This document shows positions 19,422 to 29,051 of a DNA stretch of 64,000 nt, piece after piece. Both the position numbers and the translations under genes were made by a program. Origin of the DNA: Nitrospinota bacterium (lineage in GTDB: Bacteria; Nitrospinota; Nitrospinia; Nitrospinales; VA-1); assembly GCA_009873655.1 (NCBI GenBank), contig WAIB01000002.1, positions 56,413 through 120,412 of the forward strand, in the 5' to 3' direction. Position 1 is the first letter of the stretch. Every line of letters starts with the position of its first letter. The notes beneath the pieces were generated by a model that was not told the DNA's origin, did not search any database, and was given only the letters and a program-made list of their open reading frames with translations.

Positions 19422-20558
19422 TCAGGGTTGAGGGGTAATAAGTTTTTCAATCTGAAAAGTCAGTTCTTTTTCCATAACTTTCAGGTCATATAATTCCTTA
19501 CAACGTTTTCTTGCATTCTGGCCTTTTCGTCGCGCTTCTTCCGGATTGGCAAAAATATTTTCGATTGCTTTGGCAAGTTGCTCAGGGTTTCCTGGTTCAA
19601 CCAGATAACCATGTTCACCCATTACTTCCGGGATGTCTGAAACAGGGGTCGTAATAATGGGCTTGGCCATTGCCATGGCATCGAATAGCTTTGCGGGAAT
19701 CTGCCCTTGCGTGTCTGTTGTATCTTTTTGCGGGACCACAAGAATATCGGCAGCAGAAAGATGATCGGGCAATTCCTTGAAAGGAATTTTTGGCAGAATA
19801 ATCACCTTGTCTTTGTTATTTTCCATGTTATGGATTTGCGATTGGATTGAAGAGTCCGCTCCAACTATGACCAGTCTGACATCCGGATCCTGAATTTTTT
19901 CCATCGCTGAAAACAAATCTGCTGTTCCTTTATGGGGCCTTGGCGTTCCCAGAAACATGACCACACGTTTTCCTTCCAGTCCCAGGTTTGCTTTAATGCT
20001 GTCGGAATCAAAATTTTCCGGGTCAAGGACAGTTGTATCCCGGCAATGATAAATTAATGTGCCTGAAAATTTTTTTTGCAGAAAACGGTTGCTGACAATC
20101 TTGGAATCAGCATAACCTGTAAAACGTTCCAGGAGCCAGGTATAGGCCAGTCCATTTGGATTAGATAAATTAAAAAAGCGACCCACCTTGCCCCAAAATC
20201 CCGAATGATAAAAAAAACCAAGTTCCCAGTCGTCAATATCCAGAATAACAGGAATACGGGATGCCCATTTTTTAATCAAGGCTATCCCGTAACTGGTCGG
20301 GCAAAGTTTACAGGCGATCATTATGTCCGCATCAATATATTTAATCATTTCCCGAATCGTTGAAATAAAAAAGGGATATCTTTTCCACGGATAGGGGCGA
20401 ATGGGAATTCCAATATCTTTCATAGGAAACCAGATGCCTCCAGATCTGGAGGGTCCTATAATTTCTACCTCATAACGGGATTTAAGCGCCAAGGCCAATA
20501 AACCCGCTCTACCCAGCGAATTGTTGGAAAGATCAAAACATAATATGCAGATTTTCAC
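19422..20558 (-). CDS. Glycosyltransferase family 4
   Basis: GT-B C-terminal region (PAKLFDAMAMAKPIITTPVSDIPEV...EPGNPEQLAKAI). Confidence 0.8.
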   Translation of the reverse strand: MKICILCFDLSNNSLGRAGLLALALKSRYEVEIIGPSRSGGIWFPMKDIGIPIRPYPWKRYPFFISTIREMIKYIDADIMIACKLCPTSYGIALIKKWASRIPVILDIDDWELGFFYHSGFWGKVGRFFNLSNPNGLAYTWLLERFTGYADSKIVSNRFLQKKFSGTLIYHCRDTTVLDPENFDSDSIKANLGLEGKRVVMFLGTPRPHKGTADLFSAMEKIQDPDVRLVIVGADSSIQSQIHNMENNKDKVIILPKIPFKELPDHLSAADILVVPQKDTTDTQGQIPAKLFDAMAMAKPIITTPVSDIPEVMGEHGYLVEPGNPEQLAKAIENIFANPEEARRKGQNARKRCKELYDLKVMEKELTFQIEKLITPQP

Positions 20559-20564
20559 AGTTCA

Positions 20565-22955
20565 TTAAATGTTTGGATTGATTTCGATTTTTCTGGGAGA
20601 AATTTTCAGATTCTTTATATTAGTAACCAAAGGCCAGCCGGGTGTGGGTTGAAGGCTCAACTTTGTATTTGTTATTCTACGGACAAAAAGTATGGGGATA
20701 TCTAAAGTACCCAACCTTAGGTATTCAAATTCAGGCCAGATTTTTTTTTCCGGTTCCATCAAAATATTTACCTTTGCTTTTCCTTCAATAACTTGATCTG
20801 ATGATAAAGCATATTTTGCATGTATAGTGATAGAATTTTTTGATCCCGTCACTTTAGCTTCCCCTTTTCCTTTCATGGCTTTGGTTGCGGTCTTTTCAAG
20901 ATCATCAAAATAGATGGTTCCTTTAGGGGTAAGTTTTTCCAGATCAAAAAGTATAAATTTTCCATTTAACAGCAAGTCATAAATATTTATTTGAACATTT
21001 TCGAATAGTAGCTCAAAATCTTCAATTTTGACTTTATTGCTGATGGCTGAATCCGCTTTAATATGAATGGATTTATATCGGCCATAATACAGGTCTTGCG
21101 GATTTTTTGATGGAATGATTGTGGCAGTTATATTAACCCCTTTTTTTACTCCGTAAATGGGATAAATTTCTAACGCCTTTATTAATGAATCTCCAATAAA
21201 CTCCAAGTCTGCAATCCTTGGAAGATCATAGGCGGGTTCCATATCAAATTTATATACAAGACCATTTGTTCCATCAGGAAGAGGATATTTACGGAAAAGC
21301 TTGAAAGTTTTGGTCAGGGCCGGATCATTTAAAAGAATTTTTCTTAAATGGATGGCATTGGCCGATTGACGGCTGAAATCCCCGGATTTTGTGATAAAAA
21401 AATCAGTCATCTCTCCTACATTTCTTTTGACCCCTTTCATTGTAATGGGCAAATTTCTGAAAGCCGCGAAATCCCTAAATGAGCCCCTTTGAAAATAGGC
21501 AAAGTTTGCCAGGGTGCGAACAGATAGATTTTTGCCTTCTGTAGGCTGCTTTTCTTCAATTATATCGTCCAGGATTCGGTTAATTGGCCAGGATTGGGTT
21601 ATGGGTAAATTCTCATGTCCTAAATATGGAAAAAAAGAAGGTCTGTGAAAAAAACTGGTAAAGAAAAATGTCAACATTACTGTTATCCCGGTAATGACGT
21701 ATAGACTCTTTCGTAGGTTGGCATTGTTTACCTGGCTAAGAACAACCGCAGTGATTATTGCCATCGCAGGCAGGGTGGGCATGGTGTATCTTATATCTTT
21801 ATTGTCGACAAATGTGAAAACAATAATTGAAAAAAATATCCAGTTGAGCAAAGTCCAATTGATTCGATCTTTTTTGATAAAATAAAAAAGAAAGGTTACG
21901 GCAAATATGATCATCATCGGGTGACCCATTTGGCTGCCTATTACTTGAAGATAGTAGGCCCAATTCGGAATATTCCAGCTCACACCGGCACCTTCCGGGT
22001 CGGCCCCGGAAAAAGCAAATTTTGACAACCCGATCAAGATATTAATCAGGTTATGGGCATACCAGGGAAAGCAAATTAAAACAGAAATACAGGAAAGAGA
22101 GGTCAGGTTTATGGCTTTCTGCGAAGAAATGGATGTTTTTGGAAAAAACTTTATCAAAACTCCAATCAAGAAAAACTCCAAGATAAGAAAAATCCATTTT
22201 TGAGAACCAAAAATAAAAATTAAAAATGGAACAATTAACAGAGCAGCAATCATTCCGGAATAATAAATTAATTGCACAATCCTTTCTCTAAAGGAGGTTT
22301 TGTCTCCCCAGAGAATGGTTAGAACCACAGGCAGCGTATAAATAAAAAAGGTCCACTTTACCATCAGCCCCGAAGCATAAACCAGATTGAACAAAAGGGA
22401 ATATTTTCTGTTCTCAAAGTTTTCGGTTTTTAAAAAAAGAAAATAGGTCAGGCTGGTCAACGCCATTAGCATCGTGTTGATAATATATTCTCGTGATATG
22501 AAATTGATTGCTGGGAAAAAAGAGATCAGAAAAGCCGAAAATAATCCCACATCCTTTGAATATAAAATCTTCCCTATTCCATAAGTTGATAGAGCTAATA
22601 CTATTATGTAAAACAAATTACCAATGACCCCTGTATCTAGCGTAAATCCAAATATTAAAGAGAAGGGAATTAATGATAAATGATAAAAAGGAGGATAGAA
22701 GGGTTCCACATTCAAAACATCCTGCCACCAGTCTTCCGAACCCGAGGTTATAGCTTCCCAATAATTATAAGTTCGGAAAAGATGGAGTCCTTGATCATAG
22801 GAGGGAGGACGAATATCTAACAGCATCCATATAATATTTGCTCCAAAGATCCAAAAAATAATAGCCAGTAAAAAAAAATGATGAGAACCCATTCGGGAGT
22901 TAAATGGGTGAGAAAATTTTTTAAGAGAATTTTTTTCTTGGTTTGATTCAGGCAT
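20565..22955 (-). CDS. GT-C fold glycosyltransferase (ArnT/PMT family 39-like) with a large C-terminal soluble domain
   Basis: About 430 aa of multi-TM region with an early periplasmic-loop acidic motif (PPSYDQGLH), followed by about 350 aa of non-membrane sequence without recognisable motifs. Confidence 0.7.
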   Translation of the reverse strand: MPESNQEKNSLKKFSHPFNSRMGSHHFFLLAIIFWIFGANIIWMLLDIRPPSYDQGLHLFRTYNYWEAITSGSEDWWQDVLNVEPFYPPFYHLSLIPFSLIFGFTLDTGVIGNLFYIIVLALSTYGIGKILYSKDVGLFSAFLISFFPAINFISREYIINTMLMALTSLTYFLFLKTENFENRKYSLLFNLVYASGLMVKWTFFIYTLPVVLTILWGDKTSFRERIVQLIYYSGMIAALLIVPFLIFIFGSQKWIFLILEFFLIGVLIKFFPKTSISSQKAINLTSLSCISVLICFPWYAHNLINILIGLSKFAFSGADPEGAGVSWNIPNWAYYLQVIGSQMGHPMMIIFAVTFLFYFIKKDRINWTLLNWIFFSIIVFTFVDNKDIRYTMPTLPAMAIITAVVLSQVNNANLRKSLYVITGITVMLTFFFTSFFHRPSFFPYLGHENLPITQSWPINRILDDIIEEKQPTEGKNLSVRTLANFAYFQRGSFRDFAAFRNLPITMKGVKRNVGEMTDFFITKSGDFSRQSANAIHLRKILLNDPALTKTFKLFRKYPLPDGTNGLVYKFDMEPAYDLPRIADLEFIGDSLIKALEIYPIYGVKKGVNITATIIPSKNPQDLYYGRYKSIHIKADSAISNKVKIEDFELLFENVQINIYDLLLNGKFILFDLEKLTPKGTIYFDDLEKTATKAMKGKGEAKVTGSKNSITIHAKYALSSDQVIEGKAKVNILMEPEKKIWPEFEYLRLGTLDIPILFVRRITNTKLSLQPTPGWPLVTNIKNLKISPRKIEINPNI

Positions 22956-23289
22956 GGGGGGTCCAGTTAATTGGTTTTTTAGGCTTCTAATTTGGAATTA
23001 CTCGGTCTAAAATCCAAATGGAAAAACTACTATACAAGGAAATTTAACATGTTCCAGGGAAAAACCACAGGAAAGATTTATTGGAAACTTCCGGCTGTAG
23101 AATAAATTTTGCTGGAGCAGTTTTAGTTTTTAAAGGTGGAAAGATAATTATAAATAATTTGCCAGAAACTGAATTTCAAAGTCCAATTTATCTGGAGCAA
23201 TGTACTTTGAATGAGAAGTAGCTTTGAAGGGCATACTTTAACAATTTTCCTTGATGACCTTGAGAAAAAAACAAAACATATGATTAACC

Positions 23290-24291
23290 ATGAAGAGAAT
23301 ATTAGTAGTTAGCGCAACAGGAATGGGGGATTGCCTTTGGGGTACTCCTGGCATTCGGGCTTTGAAGAAGACATTTCCTGAAATGCAGATTGACCTGCTG
23401 GTGACTTCGTTTTGGAAGCCATTGTTCGAAGGAAATCCTTACCTGAATCAAATTTTAGAATACCGTAGCGAATGGTATCGTCAACCCATGTTAGGTGTTC
23501 AATTATTAAACAAACCATATGATGTAGTCTTTATTTTCCATGCAAATAAAAACTTGAAAAGAATGCTTCCCTGGTTCCGTTCTAAACCTGTCTGGTGTCA
23601 TCAGGATCATCTATGGGTGCCAGAATCCAACAGGGTGAAAATTGAGGGTAATGTTCACGGGATTCAAAGAAGGTTGGTAATGCTGGAAAAATTTGGCGTT
23701 AAACAGGATGGCAGCCAAATGGAAATATTTTTTGATTCCCTCACCTTGAAAAAGGCAGATCAAATTTTACAGGCGCCAGGGTTCAATTCAAGGGAGTTTG
23801 CTTATCTTAATTTAGGTGCTGCGGAAGAAAGCAGGCGGTGGATGGTTGATCGGTTTATAGAGCTTTCACAACGAATTCTCCAGGCAACATCCTGGAGTAT
23901 AGTTTTAGGAGGAGGACCTCAAGAAAAGAAACGTGCTTTGAAGACATTAAAAATTTTAAATAATCCTCGCGTAATGGAAGTTTGCAGCCAACCTATTAGA
24001 GTAAATGCAAATATCATTTCCAAGGCTAAACTCATGGTAACATCGGATACAGGTCCCATGCATGTCGGGTTTGCAACAAAAACTCCTGTAGTTGCACTTT
24101 TTGGAACTATTTCTCGCAATTCAGGGCCTTGCAATATTCCAGATCATTTGTGCCGTATTATAAGGGTTGGTCCGGCACCCGAAGAAGCTAAAGAACCAGA
24201 TGTAAATTTATTCAATTTTGAAGGTATAACTGTTAATATGGTTTGGAAACAAGTTGAAGAATTGATTGCGGAAAATTCCAATCCCCATTAA
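23290..24291 (+). CDS. Glycosyltransferase family 9 (heptosyltransferase-like)
   Basis: ILVVSATGMGDCLWGTPGIRALK and SDTGPMHVGFATKTPVVALFG. Confidence 0.85.
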   Translation: MKRILVVSATGMGDCLWGTPGIRALKKTFPEMQIDLLVTSFWKPLFEGNPYLNQILEYRSEWYRQPMLGVQLLNKPYDVVFIFHANKNLKRMLPWFRSKPVWCHQDHLWVPESNRVKIEGNVHGIQRRLVMLEKFGVKQDGSQMEIFFDSLTLKKADQILQAPGFNSREFAYLNLGAAEESRRWMVDRFIELSQRILQATSWSIVLGGGPQEKKRALKTLKILNNPRVMEVCSQPIRVNANIISKAKLMVTSDTGPMHVGFATKTPVVALFGTISRNSGPCNIPDHLCRIIRVGPAPEEAKEPDVNLFNFEGITVNMVWKQVEELIAENSNPH

Positions 24292-24448
24292 AAAAACCTC
24301 AATAAAAAGTTCGCCAAAACTTAATTTGAAAATCAATCTTAAAGAAATTTTACCTAAAAGTTTTCCTCTCAAAATTTAACTGGTGAGAGCCAAACTCATT
24401 TGACCGTAAGAGTTCCTTTTAAATTTAGATTGTAAGTTTGAATAGAAA

Positions 24449-25135
24449 ATGCAGGATTCCTCTAAAGTGGTGGTTTTAGAAATATTGAGAGAACTCTCTC
24501 CCGATTCCTTGTTGGATGCCCCTTGCGGTACCGGATGGTTGTCAGAAAGCCTCGGAGATTCTTTCCCGGTAGATGGGATTGACTTATATGCCAATCCCAA
24601 TTCCAATTACAGAGTTGTCAAATCCTGTGATTTGAACAAAGGCATTCCAGATGATTTGGGAGAATATGATTGCATTGTATCCTGTGAAGGGCTTGAACAT
24701 TTTGGAAATCCTGAATTGTTTCTCCGCTCGGCCTATAATCACCTAAGGGCAGGCGGGACATTATTAATTACAACTCCAAATACCTGGTATCCTCAAGCGA
24801 AACTCCAATATTTATTCCGAGGGTTTTATCCCGGTTTTCCTTGCTTGATTGGCAAAGTGAAACCGGGGCAGCATATGCACATTATTCCATGGACCTTACC
24901 TCAGCTTTACCTGTTTTTGGAATTGACAGGGTTTGAAAATATACAAGTCCATTATGAGCCCTTAAGTGAAGCAAAACATTTTTATGAAAAAATTATAGCC
25001 CTGCCTCAATATTTTTATTGCAGGAATAAGCTTGGAAAAAGTGCTGATAATAAAAATAAGAAATACTGGCAGGCCCTTCTTACCAAATCATCATTATATG
25101 GAAGGCACTTAATTGTGACGGCAAAAAAACCCTGA
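24449..25135 (+). CDS. Class I SAM-dependent methyltransferase
   Basis: LLDAPCGTGWL (motif I), GIDL, IVSCEGLEHF, GGTLLITTPN. Confidence 0.75.
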   Translation: MQDSSKVVVLEILRELSPDSLLDAPCGTGWLSESLGDSFPVDGIDLYANPNSNYRVVKSCDLNKGIPDDLGEYDCIVSCEGLEHFGNPELFLRSAYNHLRAGGTLLITTPNTWYPQAKLQYLFRGFYPGFPCLIGKVKPGQHMHIIPWTLPQLYLFLELTGFENIQVHYEPLSEAKHFYEKIIALPQYFYCRNKLGKSADNKNKKYWQALLTKSSLYGRHLIVTAKKP

Positions 25136-25258
25136 TAGGATTGATTTCTTTTTAATGCAAACTTTTATTTTTGGCACTAAATTAATAATTTGCCGTTTGG
25201 TTTGAAAAGTAAATAGATACATTCTGTTGAAATTTTCTTACTTTACCTGATCCCTCCT

Positions 25259-27019
25259 ATGCCTAACTTTTCCGCTTTTTCTTCAACAAAATCAGTTGAG
25301 AAATATATTGTTCTATTATGGATGGTCTTTTGCTTTTTAGTCCTAATCTATAAGCTGGGAGAGGTTCCTCCTTATCATGCTGATGAAAATTTCTATGTTG
25401 AATCATCTTTGCGAATGGTGGAATCGGGTGACTATATTACCCCTGTCTATCATGGGAAAAAGCGTTTTGCAAAACCCATCCTGTATTATTGGATGGTTGC
25501 AAGTTCCTATAAGATATTCGGTGTCAGTTTAAGTTCAGCACGTTTACCTTCGGTCCTGTTCGGAACCTTAAGTGTTGGCCTGGTTTTCCTTCTGGGATGT
25601 CGATTATTCGACAGCCGGGTGGGGTTATTCAGCGCGTTCATCCTTCCTTCCATTTACCTTCATTTTCAGATTTCCAGATGGTCCACGACCGATATGGCTT
25701 TGAGCTTTTTCGTTCTTCTGTCTATTTACTTTTTTGTTCTTTTGTATAAGACGGATTATAAAAGGAAATTATTTGCGTATTTATTCTATTTTTCCTTGGG
25801 CCTTGGATTCATGGTAAAGGGCCCCCCGGCCGTCATCATCCCGGGTTTGACAGTTATGGGATATTTAATGGTCACCCGAAAAAAAAACGGGTTTAAAGAT
25901 TTGTATGTTGTCCAGGGTTTGATTATTTTGGCTATTATTATCCTGCCCTGGTTTTTTGCGATGTTCTGGATGCACGGCGACGAGTTTAAGGATCATATTG
26001 TCGGAAACGAAATCAAAAACCGCCTGGTCCATAGCACCCCTTTCAGTTTTTACTACCCAGGTGTTTTTTTTCGCTACCAGCTTCCCTGGTCTATATTTTT
26101 TATTTTTGCAGCGTTAAACCAATTTGGTTTTTTCGAGCTTTCCATAAGAAATACCATCGGGTTTATTGAACGCTTGAAAGAACTTGGAAGGAATATTGTC
26201 AGGCATATAAAAGCACTTTTTAATGAAGAAAACTTTTCCCTGGCAATTTGTTATTTATGGATTGGGGTTTGTCTGGTTTTATTTACTCTTCTGCGAGTTC
26301 AACATAGCCGGTATATGCTCCCATGTTGCCCCGCAATTGCACTATTAACGGCAAAGATGTTTGCTGATGCAGAAAGAAACTCCTCTAAATCGAAAATATT
26401 CGGTTTCAATTTTTCCGTTTTTTTAACCGTATTCATGTTTCTGGGTTTTTCGATTTTAGCAGGCTTAGGGCTATTTGTTCTGGGTTCGGACTACTTGGCC
26501 GTCTATATTCTGCCATTAGTCCTTATGGTTGGGGCATTCACCTTAATAGGTTTCCATCGATTTAAGGTTTTTGGAAAGGTAGCTCCCCTTATTGCACTTG
26601 TATTATCCCTTTCATTTGCTTCCTCAAGCGGAGATGTTATTCCTTATATCAACCGTTACCCCATGAAAAAGTTTGCAAATCATATCAATCAGGAAAATAT
26701 TAAGGGTCCGATTGCCATTTATAAGTTGGGGAGTCATAGGGCCCGTTTGGGAGTATTGACTGGAAGAACAGTGATGACTTTGAATTCGCCCGGGGAGATG
26801 GAAGAATTTTTAAAGGCGAATCAAGAAGCCTATCTGGTCATTAAGCAAGGGGATTGGGAAAAGAAATTTTCCGATTCACAAATGAAAATTGTTTTGAAGG
26901 ATCAGATTGGTATAAAAAACCGTATCCAGCCAATGGAAATTAAAGAATTTTTTAATTTGGAAGAACTTGGAAAGGTATTAAATTCTACAGAAACTTTATA
27001 TTTTATGAAAAGCGGTTAG
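25259..27019 (+). CDS. ArnT-like GT-C glycosyltransferase (family 39/83)
   Basis: ADENFYVESSLRMVESGDYITPVYHGKKRFAKPILYYW loop motif and more than 10 TM helices. Confidence 0.8.
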   Translation: MPNFSAFSSTKSVEKYIVLLWMVFCFLVLIYKLGEVPPYHADENFYVESSLRMVESGDYITPVYHGKKRFAKPILYYWMVASSYKIFGVSLSSARLPSVLFGTLSVGLVFLLGCRLFDSRVGLFSAFILPSIYLHFQISRWSTTDMALSFFVLLSIYFFVLLYKTDYKRKLFAYLFYFSLGLGFMVKGPPAVIIPGLTVMGYLMVTRKKNGFKDLYVVQGLIILAIIILPWFFAMFWMHGDEFKDHIVGNEIKNRLVHSTPFSFYYPGVFFRYQLPWSIFFIFAALNQFGFFELSIRNTIGFIERLKELGRNIVRHIKALFNEENFSLAICYLWIGVCLVLFTLLRVQHSRYMLPCCPAIALLTAKMFADAERNSSKSKIFGFNFSVFLTVFMFLGFSILAGLGLFVLGSDYLAVYILPLVLMVGAFTLIGFHRFKVFGKVAPLIALVLSLSFASSSGDVIPYINRYPMKKFANHINQENIKGPIAIYKLGSHRARLGVLTGRTVMTLNSPGEMEEFLKANQEAYLVIKQGDWEKKFSDSQMKIVLKDQIGIKNRIQPMEIKEFFNLEELGKVLNSTETLYFMKSG

Positions 27020-27023
27020 AGAG

Positions 27024-28499
27024 TTATTTGACGTTGGGTAATTTCACTTCGGAAAAATCGTACTTAATATAGTCCCTGTTTTGAGACGAGGTGAATAACG
27101 CGTATTTAGAGTTCCCCATTATCAAATAAAAATTTCCAGGTGCTTGTGAATTAAGATTTTTAAATTCTGTAGCGTTAGATAACCACATCTTATTTGGGTT
27201 GCTTTTCAGTTGTTTTAATAATTCCTTTTTTTCTGTAATAGGAGATTCCAGTTCCCGATCCGAATAAAAAAACATTGCATGTTTGGGATTCCAATGGGAA
27301 AGCTTGAAGTTTCCAATTTTTTCTTTTTCGGAAGTATTGAGTTTTATTATTGAAGCTAAATGCCGGACCTCTTTACTGCTTTCACTTAAGGTTACCTTGG
27401 CCTGAAAGGGAGTCGAGTTTACAAACAAGGCTGTCAGACATGCGATTCCCGCCAGGCCAGCCAGAGTCCTTTCTTTCCATTCGGTATTCAGCCAATCCGA
27501 AAATGTTTTTGCGACAATGATCGATAATGCAGGAAAAATCATTAAAACATAGCGGATAGTATGATTTTTACTTGTGCTCATCACAAAAAACACTATTGTG
27601 GGCCACAGAAAAAATAAAAGGGAATTTTCATCTTTTTCTATAAACCCCCGTTTGAAGAATTTAAATAATCCAAATAAAGCAAAAGGAAGCCAGGGCCAAT
27701 AATTTCTTAAAAAATCCTCCGTATATCCGAAAAAATTAAATCGGTGAATATTTTCTCCAAAACCACGATTGAAAATCAAAAGCCCAAAATGTGAATCGAT
27801 AAAACTCTGACCAAATTGAAGCCAGTTAACGATATGCCAGCTGAATCCCACACCCAGGGCAACCAGGACTCCGGTGAGCAAAAATGGGTTAAACATTTCT
27901 ATCCACTGGCGGCTGAAGAGAAGATAAAAAAATACGATGGCTAATGGAAATATGCCTAAAACGCTTTTTGATAAAATCCCTCCTGCCGTAGCCAATCCAA
28001 AAAGCAGATACCAGTATTTTTGATTTTTAGCTTTTAAAAAACAAAACATTGCAAGAGTAACGAAAAATGCCAGGGGTATATCTACCATGGCTCTTCGGGA
28101 TGAATCGATAAAAACTCCGGGAAAAATTAAAATAAGAGATGCAATAAAAGCAATCCAGGAATCCTTGTATAAATAATCGGCTAATCTGTAAGTCAGGAGG
28201 ACTGTACCCATTCCAAAAATAGCGGAGAAGAAAACGGAGGAAAAACTGGATACTCCGAACAGGCTGTAGGCAATTGCCATTAACCAGAATGGGAGAGGAG
28301 GATTTTCCCAGGATGGATTACCCCCCAGGGTGACGATCCAAATGTTACCGGATGTATAAATTTCTTTAGCCTTCTGGGCATAAAAGGCGTCATCAAAATT
28401 AGTTATTCCCGTGTCCAATTGTCTTCCAAGTAAAATCAGGAGAGACAGGAATACAAGAAAATAAATCTGGAAGGTCTTATTATTGAGTATCGTGTTCAA
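27024..28499 (-). CDS. ArnT-like GT-C glycosyltransferase (family 39/83)
   Basis: DDAFYAQKAKEIYTSGNIWIVTLGG...ENPPLPFW loop motif, multi-TM, soluble C-terminal tail. Confidence 0.8.
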   Translation of the reverse strand: MNTILNNKTFQIYFLVFLSLLILLGRQLDTGITNFDDAFYAQKAKEIYTSGNIWIVTLGGNPSWENPPLPFWLMAIAYSLFGVSSFSSVFFSAIFGMGTVLLTYRLADYLYKDSWIAFIASLILIFPGVFIDSSRRAMVDIPLAFFVTLAMFCFLKAKNQKYWYLLFGLATAGGILSKSVLGIFPLAIVFFYLLFSRQWIEMFNPFLLTGVLVALGVGFSWHIVNWLQFGQSFIDSHFGLLIFNRGFGENIHRFNFFGYTEDFLRNYWPWLPFALFGLFKFFKRGFIEKDENSLLFFLWPTIVFFVMSTSKNHTIRYVLMIFPALSIIVAKTFSDWLNTEWKERTLAGLAGIACLTALFVNSTPFQAKVTLSESSKEVRHLASIIKLNTSEKEKIGNFKLSHWNPKHAMFFYSDRELESPITEKKELLKQLKSNPNKMWLSNATEFKNLNSQAPGNFYLIMGNSKYALFTSSQNRDYIKYDFSEVKLPNVK

Positions 28500-28578
28500 G
28501 AATTTTATTTTGTCAAACCGCTAACGTGAAGAATAAATTTTAAAAGATAATTTCAGGGTGGAAGTAAAAACGCTGGGC

Positions 28579-28851
28579 TTAAAGATATTGATTGAGTTTT
28601 ATTTTATCCTCATCACCCTGGATGGGGCTATATAGAAAACCAAAAGTCTCCAATCGCCATACAATAACGTCCAATCCTTTTAACATATTAAACCAATAGA
28701 TCATGGCCTGAAGAAAGGATTTTTTGTTTAAATCATTTTTGCAAAGAATAAAATCAATCAATTGTTTTCGTGAATGACGAATCAACGGCTGATTACCCCG
28801 GGATTTGATAATTTTATAAAGGGTGAACAGATTTTGAAACTTTTTCAGCAT
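28579..28851 (-). CDS. Hypothetical protein (90 aa), doubtful
   Basis: The only ORF in a 550-nt gap. It has no Shine-Dalgarno sequence and no recognisable motif. Confidence 0.2.
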   Translation of the reverse strand: MLKKFQNLFTLYKIIKSRGNQPLIRHSRKQLIDFILCKNDLNKKSFLQAMIYWFNMLKGLDVIVWRLETFGFLYSPIQGDEDKIKLNQYL

Positions 28852-29051
28852 TATATGTAAAGGAAAAAGATTTTTAGGGAAATCGGGGTAGAGCTTTAAC
28901 CCTCATATGGGTATTTTATATCAAGTGCCAATTTAAGTAAAGGAAGGGGTTGATCGTCCATTGATTCCATCCTATAAATTTAAAACCGCATTATGCTAGT
29001 ATCGAATCTAAAGAAAAATTTGAGAAAATTTCTATAAGAGAATTCCGTGAA

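Noticed and set aside
28500-29051. The 550-nt gap with a 90-aa ORF as a candidate RiPP or small-protein locus.
   Set aside because: The ORF has no RBS, no leader/core-like features and no adjacent maturase. Overlapping antisense ORFs (28980-29341) belong to the shadow of the M20 gene start. I kept it only as a low-confidence hypothetical.
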